From NCBI GenBank assembly GCA_963665665.1, contig OY762428.1, forward strand, positions 2,176,001 to 2,240,000: a DNA stretch of 64,000 nucleotides. The letters are read 5' to 3'. This document shows, one piece after another, positions 33,252 through 42,126 of the stretch (positions are counted from its first letter, which is position 1; each line of letters begins with the position of its first letter). Source of the stretch: Candidatus Kapaibacterium sp. GTDB taxonomy: Bacteria > Bacteroidota > Ignavibacteria > Kapaibacteriales > UBA2268. Made by a program: the position numbers and the translations under genes. A model generated the notes under the pieces. That model was not told the DNA's origin. It ran no database searches and saw only the letters and a list, made by a program, of their open reading frames with translations.

Positions 33252-33785
33252 ATTGCTGCCTTGTTTTAAGTTAATGCTGCCTTGTTCGAAAGCATTGCCG
33301 CCTTGGTTGAAGTCATTGATGCCTTGGTCAGAGGCAAAACACCAATGTTTGACGCCATTGCTGCCTTGTTCAGAAGCAATGTACCAATGGTTGACGCTAT
33401 TGCAGCAATGTTTTGCTTTATTGCTGCCTTGTTCGAAGCTATTGTCGCCTTGTTCCAAATCAAAGCAAGAAAACCACCCCTGTATTCCCCTCCTACTTTA
33501 GGAGGGGATAAGAAGTTAAATAACATAGAATTAACTCCCCCTCCTTTCGAAGGATTTGGCAGAGTAAATGCAGCGATGTTTGAACATATTTCCCCTTTGG
33601 TCGGAATCATGGAACCCTTGTTCCAAAGTAATGCACCGAAGTTTTAACCTATTGCTGCCTTGGTCGAAGCTATTGTCGCCTTGTTCCAAATCAAAGCAAG
33701 AAAACCACCCCTGTATTCCCCTCCTACTTTAGGAGGGGATAAGAAGTTAAATAACATAGAATTAACTCCCCCTCCTTTCGAAGGA
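33252..33785 (-). repeat. Distal part of the left 21-bp-period array, including a ~135-bp direct repeat (33420-33554 / 33651-33785) carrying REP-like hairpins
   Basis: TTGCTGCCTTG-type motif recurs every 21 nt. The duplicated block contains TCCCCTCCTACTTTAGGAGGGGA and is offset by 231 nt (11x21). Confidence 0.85.
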
Positions 33786-33798
33786 GGGGGGCGGGGGG

Positions 33799-35154
33799 CA
33801 TATGCGCTAACTTAGTGAAAATAAGTAATTCATACTACTTTGCCTTTTTCGATGTCCTTCTTTTAGGCAATTAGAAACATCATCCCAGTTGTTAATACAT
33901 TGATACAAAGTAATACCGGGACTGATGATTTTCAATAAAATATCTTTAACAAATACATTTTCACGCCATTGTGATGTACTCCTTTTATCATTCTCTTTTA
34001 TTAAACCTGTAGCCCCAGGGGGAAAAACGCTCACCTTCATCGATAATAGCCTGAGTAAGGAGAGCTGTGATCATCTTAGCATAAAGCCACGCTCGTGCAG
34101 AGTTTTTATCTTTTTTTGGTAAATGCCCCAAGCCAAATTGACTTTTTAGTTTTTTAAATGAAATTTCAACCTGCCATCTCATTCTATATAATTCTAAGAT
34201 ATTATTAGAAGATATATCATTAATCAAAGAAGTCACCAAAACAATATAATCATTAAGTCCTAAAGCTGTAGAACTGATTGTCTGTTGTTTTCTAGCAAAA
34301 TTCTTTTTTGCTTTCTTTCTGGATAACTCAGCTTGCTCCTTGCTTTTTTTGATAGCACATATACGTACAGGAATCTTTTTATTTTTTGAGGAGGAGGAGG
34401 AAATATAAAATATTTTGTCAAATATTTGATCTAACTTTAAACTTTTTAATTCTTTAATAATATCAACTTTATCATTTTTACTATTATATAGTGTAAAACC
34501 TTTATGCTTATATCTGACAACAAAATTTGCTTTCTTTCCGAGAATTTCTGAAATACCCTTATAACTGCAATATGCTCTGTCAATTAAAAAAAGATCAGAA
34601 GAGTTAATTTTGAAATTAGATATAGACTCACCGACTTTTGGGCTGGTAATAATAAATTCGTCACACTTGAGGTTGAACAGATTATGGCTGTAATGAAGTC
34701 TCCAGTCAGTACCTGTTGACCCCGGCTCAGTAACAACAGACGCATCGATACATCTTACATTGAAATCCGACAGCCATTCTGGGGAATCTAATGATATCCC
34801 CCTATTATGAATCAATCCTAATGCAATCCAGCGAAGCCAATCAGCAGACGTCCTCATTTTTTTTAATAACGCAACATCTGATATATCTATATTTCTTTCA
34901 TATTTAAGCTTAGTAGCAACCACCCTCATAGAATGCCCCGTTGCTACATGCATAAGTATTGCTCGAAGTTGCTCAGAAGGTGAATCAAATGCCCTGCGAC
35001 GTTGGAAAGCCTGGAGTTCTTTAGCCTTTAATTCCCATCCCAAAGGAAGTAAGGTTGTAACTACATCCCATTCTTCTATATGCTTGTTGTACTTTTCCAT
35101 TTACAAATATAAAAAAATTATATATAAAAATCAAACACTAAGTTAGCGCTTATG
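33799..35154 (-). mobile_element. Complete IS4-family insertion sequence (1356 bp)
   Basis: 19-bp terminal IRs CATATGCGCTAACTTAGTG / CACTAAGTTAGCGCTTATG (1 mismatch), with an 11-bp target duplication GGGGCGGGGGG at 33788-33798 and 35155-35165. Confidence 0.95.
33988..35100 (-). CDS. IS4-family DDE transposase
   Basis: CIDAS, LIDRAY and the YREK motif LYRMRWQVEISFKKLK. Confidence 0.95.
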   Translation of the reverse strand: MEKYNKHIEEWDVVTTLLPLGWELKAKELQAFQRRRAFDSPSEQLRAILMHVATGHSMRVVATKLKYERNIDISDVALLKKMRTSADWLRWIALGLIHNRGISLDSPEWLSDFNVRCIDASVVTEPGSTGTDWRLHYSHNLFNLKCDEFIITSPKVGESISNFKINSSDLFLIDRAYCSYKGISEILGKKANFVVRYKHKGFTLYNSKNDKVDIIKELKSLKLDQIFDKIFYISSSSSKNKKIPVRICAIKKSKEQAELSRKKAKKNFARKQQTISSTALGLNDYIVLVTSLINDISSNNILELYRMRWQVEISFKKLKSQFGLGHLPKKDKNSARAWLYAKMITALLTQAIIDEGERFSPWGYRFNKRE

Positions 35155-35174
35155 GGGGCGGGGGGAGGTAGGAA

Positions 35175-36158
35175 GTGTCGAAAGCAATGTACCAATGGTT
35201 GACGCTATTGCACTGATGTTTGATTTTATTGCCGCCTTGTTTGAAGTCATTGATACCTTGTTTAGAGGCAAAACACCAATGTTTGATTTTATTGATGCCT
35301 TGTTCTTCTTCAAAGCCCGCCCCTTCGGGGAGGGTTTGGGAGGGGTCAGGAGCAAAGCACCAATGTTTGATTCTATTGCTGCCTTGTTCGGAGTCATTGC
35401 AGCCTTGTTTAGAGGCAAAACACCAATGTTTGACGCCATTGCACCGATGTTTGATTTTATTGATGCCTTGGTCTTCTTCAAAGCCCTCTCCTTCGGGGAG
35501 GGTTTGGGAGGGGTCAGAGACAAAACACCGATGTTCGAAGCCATTACTGCCTTGTTCTTCTTCAAAGCCCGCCCCTTCGGGGAGGGTTTGGGAGGGGTCA
35601 GGAGCAAAGCACCAATGTTTGATTCTATTGCTGCCTTGTTCGGAGTCATTGCAGCCTTGTTTAGAGGCAAAACACCAATGTTTGACGCCATTGCACCGAT
35701 GTTTGATTTTATTGATGCCTTGGTCTTCTTCAAAGCCCTCTCCTTCGGGGAGGGTTTGGGAGGGGTCAGAGACAAAACACCGATGTTCGAAGCCATTACT
35801 GCCTTGTTCTTCTTCAAAGCCCGCCCCTTCGGGGAGGGTTTGGGAGGGGTCAGGAGCAAAGCACCAATGTTTGATTCTATTGCTGCCTTGTTCGGAGTCA
35901 TTGCAGCCTTGTTTAGAGGCAAAACACCGATGTTCGAAGCCATTACTGCCTTGGTCGAAGCCATTGACGCCTTGGTTGAAGATAATGTCGCCTTGTTAGG
36001 AATTATTGTTGCCTTGTTTGGAGTCATTGACGCCTTGGTTGAAGGCAATGCAGCAATGTTTTGCTTTATTGATACCTTGTTTGAAGCTATTGCTGCCTTG
36101 TTTGTAGGCATTGCTGCCTTGTTTTGGGGTAATGATTGCTTGTGTAGCGTTGGAATCC
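35175..36158 (-). repeat. Proximal part of the left 21-bp-period array with five embedded REP hairpins
   Basis: Minus-strand unit is approximately AATGGCTTCGAACAAGGCAGC. Embedded hairpin is GACCCCTCCCAAACCCTCCCCGAAGG(GGC/AGA)GGGCTTTG. Confidence 0.9.
35296..35928. repeat. Higher-order 252-bp tandem repeat (about 2.5 apparently identical copies)
   Basis: AGGGGTCAGGAGCAAAGCACC recurs at 35341, 35593 and 35845 (period 252 = 12x21). Confidence 0.92.
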
Positions 36159-36169
36159 GGAATATTTAA

Positions 36170-36680
36170 CTGATTGTATTATTAATTAAAATTGAATTAT
36201 TAAATATATGCTCAAAATCAGTAAATATTTAAGTATTTGTAGTAAATATATTTATTTAATTATTGAATAATCATATAGATTTATAATATTAATAATATAA
36301 CTAATCAAATAAATATTTCAAATAAGACATTAATTATTGTTTCTTATAATTTCTTCTTCTTCTTTTCTAAAATATATTAATTATTCAAGTATATATTTAA
36401 TTGTCCTAACAAATTAGATATACTGATTAATTAATAGGTTAATACTAATATTTAATAGTTTATAAATTTAAATTTGTAAATCATATCAATTATTTAATAA
36501 TATATATAATGTATTTAGTTATTTATATAAATAGTTTTGTTAGATGAACTATATCAAGGCTTTGATATATTATATAAATTATTATAAATACTATATATTT
36601 AATACAAATAGTACAATATTTAGTATTTTAGATTGAATATTTGATTATCAGTTCTATCTATAGACTATTCTCATCTCTAT
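36170..36680. other. Very AT-rich non-coding spacer between the divergent arrays
   Basis: Almost only A/T with no ORF; far more AT-rich than the flanks by inspection. Confidence 0.8.
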
Positions 36681-36685
36681 CTTTG

Positions 36686-37300
36686 GGATTTCAATGCCAA
36701 ACAAGCAATCAATGAGACAGAACAAGTCATCAATGAGGCGGAACAAGACATCAGTAAGGCGGAACAAGTGAGCAATGAGGTGGAACAAGACATCAATAAA
36801 GCAGAACAAGCGTACAATGAGTCGGAACAAGACATCATTGAAGCCAAACATGCAAGTAATGAAGCCAAACAAGACATCAATGAAGCCGGACAAGTGAGCA
36901 ATGAGGCGGAACAAGCATGCAATGAAGCGAAACAAGCAAGCAATGAAGTGGAACAAGACATCAGTAAGGCGGAACAAGCAAGCAATGAGGCGGAACAAGT
37001 GAGTAATGAAGCGGAACAAGTGAGCAGTAAGTCAAACCAAGCAAGCAATGAGACAGAACAAGCATGCAATGAAGCAGAACAAGGCAACAGTAAGGCGGAA
37101 CAAGACATCAGTAAGGCGAAACAAGACATCAATAAAGCAGAACAAGACATCAATGAAGCAGAACAAGACATCAGTAATGCGGAACAAGCAAGCAATGAAG
37201 CCGGACAAGTGTGCAGTAAGGCAAACCAAGTGAGCAATGAAGCGGAACAAGTCATCAATAAGGCTAAACAAGCAAGCAATGAAGCCAAATTTCACTACAT
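36686..37300 (+). repeat. Right 21-bp-period array (about 28 units); translates as a heptad repeat (NEAEQAS) in ORF 36768-37367
   Basis: GAACAAG/AAACAAG/AACCAAG recurs every 21 nt. Unit is approximately AATGAAGCGGAACAAGCAAGC. No ATG at the head of the array. Confidence 0.9.
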
Positions 37301-37519
37301 TAAGGCCAAAGAATGCTTCAATACCTCCGGACAAGGCAGTATAAAGCCTCGCCAACAAAGCGATTAGCCCAAACATCAGGGTTTTGATTAAAAACAGCAT
37401 TGAATTAAGGAAATTATCCGGTTCATTGAAACCAGAGGATGTGGAATTAAGGCCGGCGGTTGGTTCATTGGGGTGGAAGAACGGGGGGTAAGGGCCGGAG
37501 AAGGAGGTATTATGTTGCC

Positions 37520-37795
37520 TTTCTGACGGAGCGAAGCGACCGAAGAATCCATCTTTTCTGGCAAATAATTTTAAAGAATGGATACTTCGCTCCGCTCAGA
37601 ATGACCTTCCAGCCTTATAATCGTCAAATTCAATAGCCAGGTGCTTTAGCTCGTGGATAAGGGGGGATAAGAAAAAGAATCCACCCCAGCCTGTCCCGAC
37701 TTGTCGGGAACTCGCTGCGCTCGCCAACCCTCAACGAGGGGAATTTTAAGAATCCACCCCCGCCCTTCCCCGATGCGTCGGGGCCGGCGGTGGAC
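37520..37795. repeat. Cluster of several REP-like elements downstream of a T9SS cargo gene
   Basis: CGGAGCGAAG...CTTCGCTCCGCTCAGAATGAC, TGTCCCGACTTGTCGGGAA, CCCCGATGCGTCGGGG, and a duplicated AAGAATCCACCCC. Confidence 0.65.
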
Positions 37796-37815
37796 AGATG
37801 TAACCGAAAAATTAC

Positions 37816-40002
37816 TCACTCCTTCACAAACATGCCTGAAATAATATCATTGCCAGTTTCGATTCTGATGTAGTAAATGCCTGCCGGAAAATCACGGAGA
37901 GGAATGCTTGTATTGTGTTCCATTACAGCGGAAAAAGTGGTGTTCATGTAAACTTTTGCGCCGAGCTGGTTATATACGCTGATATTTGCCGGGGCTATGG
38001 TTGATGTTCTAAATTTCAGGTCAATAAAATCAGTGGCGGGGCAGGGAGATATATTGATTTCCCCGGATACGATTGTTTTAATTTCGTTTTCAACTGAAAG
38101 GGATGTTTTTTCGCTGCGGTAAAGCCCTGCGTCTTTTTCGGCAAAATAGATATATCCTTCCGGGCTGACGGACAGAAAATTGAATTGGCTTGGCCCATGT
38201 ATCAGGCCTGTTGAAATATCGCTCCAATCATAAAAATCATCAGTACTTTTCAGGCGTTGAAATTTATCTGCCCGGCCATGAAAACCTATCAAGCGGTTAA
38301 GGGAATCTACTCCTAAGAACATTCTCGGATAATTCAGAGAATCGCGGAACCAAGACCTGCCGTTATCTGAAGTACGAATATTCCAATGACTATAACCATT
38401 GGAGTACTTATCAAATAACAACATTCTGATTTCTTGTTCAGTGATACCATTCAAAAAATAATTCATTTTGGCAAATGCCCATGTTTCCCCGTCATCTGTT
38501 GACCTGTATATCTGCCCGTTGTCACTTCCCCTGAAAATATGCCCTTCTGAGTTCATAGCAAATGAATAGGTATCACCTTCAATAGATCTTTTTTGCCATG
38601 TTATTCCTTTATCAGTTGAATAAATCAATTTATTCCCGAAGTCATGCGCCATATAAATTTGTCCCCTGCTGTTCTCGAAAAAACTATTTGGACTGGCATT
38701 TGTTGAAAATTCCGATCTTGTGCGATATTCCCAGCTTTCCCCTCCGTCAGTGGATCGAGCTGTTTTATAACTGCCGCTATTTGAACTGACAATAATATAA
38801 TCATCTCGGGTAATATAAATAACCGACCATGTTGAATTTTCAACAAGCTTAAGATCTCTCCATGTAATTCCATCATCTGAAGATTTTAAAACTCTTCCAT
38901 TTGCGGTAACAAATATGCTCCCTTCGCTGTCATAGCTTATTCCTTTTACATCAGTAGATACGATTCCTTTATTAGATTCTGTCCAGGTTCTTCCTCCGTT
39001 TCTTGAATAAAAAAAACCCTGCCAATTACCTGCATAAAGTTCTCCATTACCTAATGAAATCATATTTTCAAATGGAGTGTTTTCGCTTTCAAGTGTCATT
39101 ATCTGCCATGTTTTTCCGCTGTCAACCGATTTGAAAACCGAAAAATAATCATCATCAATGCCATTAGCAAAAAGTTCATTTTGGGAGTTACGGCACAAGT
39201 ATTTTGAAAAACCTTCAATATTTGTAGCATTCCAGGTTTCACCTTTATCTTCCGAATAGTAAACTCCGTAGGTAGTGGCAATAACAATTTTTTCATTTGT
39301 TATAAACTCAGCTTTAAAAACACAATAAGGTGTTTCAATGTATTGCCATGATCGCCCGGAATCAGGACTGATAAATATAAAACCTTCATCAATATAATCC
39401 ACATAGCCTATTATCACCATTTCGTCATACTGATTTATATAATAATCCCTTTTATAAAATGCTTTTGAAACTGATAATTTATAGCTGTTTATTTTAACGA
39501 TTTCCTTCAGATCCGGAACCGAATAACTTAAAATTGAATCACTTTTAAAGATAACTCCAAACACATTATTATTATTATCCATTGCATATATTGGCATTAA
39601 ATTATCAGGAGTAAAAGAATCAATTCCATAGTCTTCGTCAAAGAAATTTACCTGCCAGGTATCTCCATTGTTAGTTGATCTATAGTATACTAAATCACCC
39701 TTATGCGAATCATCCCCTCCGTAACGGATAAACCTTATCAATGATCCATCAGGATAAGACATTACTTTTCCATAATAATAAAAATCTTTCAGCCATTTCC
39801 AGCTTCTTCCAAAATCATCGGAACGATAGTGTCCGTTATCAGTATCAATAAATATCCTCCCGTTCAAACTAAACAAATCTCTTATGGTTCCCCCTTCCGG
39901 CCCCCAGAGGTATTTCCAGAAATCACCGGCAAGAAGGTTGAAGGGAACAATAATAAATAAGGCAATCAGTAACAGCTTTTTCATAGTTTTCATATCTTTC
40001 AT
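37816..40002 (-). CDS. Secreted BNR/Asp-box (VPS10/sialidase-like) beta-propeller protein with T9SS CTD
   Basis: Signal peptide, more than ten RSxDxGxTW boxes, and a CTD NISPCPATD...PAGIYYIRI...FVKE. Confidence 0.88.
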   Translation of the reverse strand: MKDMKTMKKLLLIALFIIVPFNLLAGDFWKYLWGPEGGTIRDLFSLNGRIFIDTDNGHYRSDDFGRSWKWLKDFYYYGKVMSYPDGSLIRFIRYGGDDSHKGDLVYYRSTNNGDTWQVNFFDEDYGIDSFTPDNLMPIYAMDNNNNVFGVIFKSDSILSYSVPDLKEIVKINSYKLSVSKAFYKRDYYINQYDEMVIIGYVDYIDEGFIFISPDSGRSWQYIETPYCVFKAEFITNEKIVIATTYGVYYSEDKGETWNATNIEGFSKYLCRNSQNELFANGIDDDYFSVFKSVDSGKTWQIMTLESENTPFENMISLGNGELYAGNWQGFFYSRNGGRTWTESNKGIVSTDVKGISYDSEGSIFVTANGRVLKSSDDGITWRDLKLVENSTWSVIYITRDDYIIVSSNSGSYKTARSTDGGESWEYRTRSEFSTNASPNSFFENSRGQIYMAHDFGNKLIYSTDKGITWQKRSIEGDTYSFAMNSEGHIFRGSDNGQIYRSTDDGETWAFAKMNYFLNGITEQEIRMLLFDKYSNGYSHWNIRTSDNGRSWFRDSLNYPRMFLGVDSLNRLIGFHGRADKFQRLKSTDDFYDWSDISTGLIHGPSQFNFLSVSPEGYIYFAEKDAGLYRSEKTSLSVENEIKTIVSGEINISPCPATDFIDLKFRTSTIAPANISVYNQLGAKVYMNTTFSAVMEHNTSIPLRDFPAGIYYIRIETGNDIISGMFVKE

Positions 40003-40046
40003 TTTTTTTAATATTTGAAATATTCAAATTATAACGTTTCTAAAAT

Positions 40047-40152
40047 GTCTAAACCGCGTTTAATTGCGTCTAAATGTAACTTCAATAATTTCAATATATA
40101 ATTAGAAACATATGTCTGAATTTGCGTCTAAACCGCGTTTAATTGCGTCTAA
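40047..40152. repeat. 27-bp direct repeat overlapping the stop of the AlbA_2 gene
   Basis: GTCTAAACCGCGTTTAATTGCGTCTAA at 40047-40073 and 40126-40152. Confidence 0.8.
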
Positions 40153-41803
40153 GTTTCCATAAAGAATTGTTCCCGGAACCAATGTACTTAATCGTTTCGT
40201 CCTTTGTATGCATCTCATAAAGTATGTTTTTAATCTTACTCCGTTTTTGATTTTCAGTTAGAATATCAGGTAGTTTTTCAAACAGTAATTCTTCAAAATC
40301 TTTTCGTGAAGCTTCAATAAAACTCTCTAAATAATTTAAGATCAATTGTTTATAATAATCTTTATCGAGCCCCTTCTGCTTTATATAATTAACTTCCTGC
40401 CCCGTTGTTAATGCTACTTTCTTAGATATGTAAAAATTAGGTTTCCTGCCCTCGATTAATTTTTTTGATTTTAGCGCTTTAATTTCAAAATCAATTAATT
40501 TCCGGCCTTTTTGAACTTTATCAAGCATTATTATTTCAAATAAGGATAGATCATGATTCTCCGATAAAGTTCTTGCATAATCAAAGTCTAATACTTTTCC
40601 GAGAATTTCAACCGAAACCCTTGATTCTTCAATTCTATAATCGGGAAGTGGAAACATTTTTTCACGTTGCAGATTGAACATTCTTTTAATCCCGCTGCCA
40701 ATGGTATCGATCATTTTCAGGTTTACCATAGCATTAGCAAGAAAAGGATTTCTATAATACTCAGTCGGAGCATCAGAATTAATTACATTTTCAATTGTTC
40801 CGGGAATAAAACTACCAAGATTAGTGAAAAGCAATCTGCCATCTTCAAACTCAACTACATTGATCTTTCCGCATAATTGATAATCCTGGTGGGCGATGCA
40901 ATTGTTTAAAGATTCCCTGATTATATAAGGGTCATATTGATCCGTTTCATCCGGAAATATTGTACCGTCTTTAATATATCTGTATTTTAAATTTCTGATC
41001 TTCGAAAAAACAGCGTCAGATGCCAGTAAAAAAGGGCAGGAAAAATGTTCGTAATCTTTCTCAATATTTTTAGAATCCTTTAAAATCCAACTGATTTTAG
41101 CAACGGCAGGCGATATAAAATGTTCTGATTCCGGTTTCCCGAGCAACAGAATGGCTGCTCTTGTAATTTTAATGCTCTTTGTTAGTTTTGCTTTGTTTAA
41201 AAATGTAGAATCATCCCAGTTGGAAATTTCTGCTTCAAGATGCTTGTGCTTGTCAGTATAGTTTTGCCGGGCTTTCAGAATAGCAACAGGGTCAAGATCA
41301 TCTATAGTGGCATCCGGGCATATTTCCGCGCTCCAGTCAAACATAATAACCTGCGATCTTATCTGTTCCAATTTGCTGATATTTAATGCTACCAGCGATT
41401 CATGCTCACGGGCATAATAATGGCCTTTGAAAGCAATGGGAAGGCCTTTCGGAGCAGGTGGTATTTGAAAAGCTACGATTCTTTTACCTTTATACTGAAC
41501 TTCGTGAACATCAATAAAAGAATGATTATTTGTTGTCTGTTGTGAAATATCATGCTTTATAGTCTGAAGAGTTCCTTGCCTGTAATTTGTTCCCCTGACT
41601 TCCTTCGTTTTGTCCTCTATACCGAATAGTATCCAGGCGCAATCCTTGTTTTTAAGATTTGCTTCATTGCTCAGCGCAGAGAAGTATTTTCCCAGATCAT
41701 CATTTGAAAACCTGTTTTCTGCTTTTTTAAATTCAACAACTTCATTCTCGTCCGGCAGGGCTAATAGATCTTCTATTATGGATAAAAGGTTCATTTCTTT
41801 CAT
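40139..41803 (-). CDS. Schlafen/AlbA_2-domain protein with HATPase_c_4 (RecG C-terminal-like) and wHTH domains
   Basis: ENEVVEFK...SALSNEAN...ILFGIED, IRESLNNCIAHQDY, YRNPFLANAM and IDTIGSGIKRM. Confidence 0.85.
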   Translation of the reverse strand: MKEMNLLSIIEDLLALPDENEVVEFKKAENRFSNDDLGKYFSALSNEANLKNKDCAWILFGIEDKTKEVRGTNYRQGTLQTIKHDISQQTTNNHSFIDVHEVQYKGKRIVAFQIPPAPKGLPIAFKGHYYAREHESLVALNISKLEQIRSQVIMFDWSAEICPDATIDDLDPVAILKARQNYTDKHKHLEAEISNWDDSTFLNKAKLTKSIKITRAAILLLGKPESEHFISPAVAKISWILKDSKNIEKDYEHFSCPFLLASDAVFSKIRNLKYRYIKDGTIFPDETDQYDPYIIRESLNNCIAHQDYQLCGKINVVEFEDGRLLFTNLGSFIPGTIENVINSDAPTEYYRNPFLANAMVNLKMIDTIGSGIKRMFNLQREKMFPLPDYRIEESRVSVEILGKVLDFDYARTLSENHDLSLFEIIMLDKVQKGRKLIDFEIKALKSKKLIEGRKPNFYISKKVALTTGQEVNYIKQKGLDKDYYKQLILNYLESFIEASRKDFEELLFEKLPDILTENQKRSKIKNILYEMHTKDETIKYIGSGNNSLWKLRRN

Positions 41804-42126
41804 TACTAATGATTTATAATTTGTTAAGGCAAAAATAATAAAGGCCTACAATATAGCAAAATATCTTTACCTGAAATGCTATCAGGAATCATGTTTTCCT
41901 GTCCTTTTTGATGATATTACTCATCCGATGTAACATATATAATAACAATATTTCCAGGGTTTTGTTCCACATTTTATCGCTGATTGTGGTAAGATTGTAA
42001 TATAGTTTGTAGCAATATTAAGGATTTTTTGCCGAAACAAATAAATTTATTTATAAACCCTGAAAAAGTCGTATTTTTGTAATCTATAAACAGTTATTAT
42101 TTAGAAATGGTATAAAAGGCCGGGAT

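Noticed and set aside
35296-35928. Possible CRISPR array (palindromic ~38-bp repeats with intervening sequence)
   Set aside because: The intervening sequences are themselves repeated 21-mers and exact duplicates, spacing alternates 84/168, and there are no cas genes in the window.
36170-36680. Chromosomal replication origin (oriC)
   Set aside because: AT-rich, but no cluster of DnaA boxes (TTATCCACA) was found and no typical oriC-linked genes are nearby. Kept only as part of the array finding.
33240-37370. Diversity-generating retroelement TR/VR pair
   Set aside because: No reverse transcriptase in the window, and the differences between repeats are not adenine-specific by inspection.
33231-37400. 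Multiple overlapping ORFs (e.g. 35143-36111, 35195-36169, 35220-35999, 36677-37288) as real genes
   Set aside because: Open frames on both strands follow from a repeat consensus lacking stop codons, and there are no convincing starts. Not annotated as CDS without expression data.
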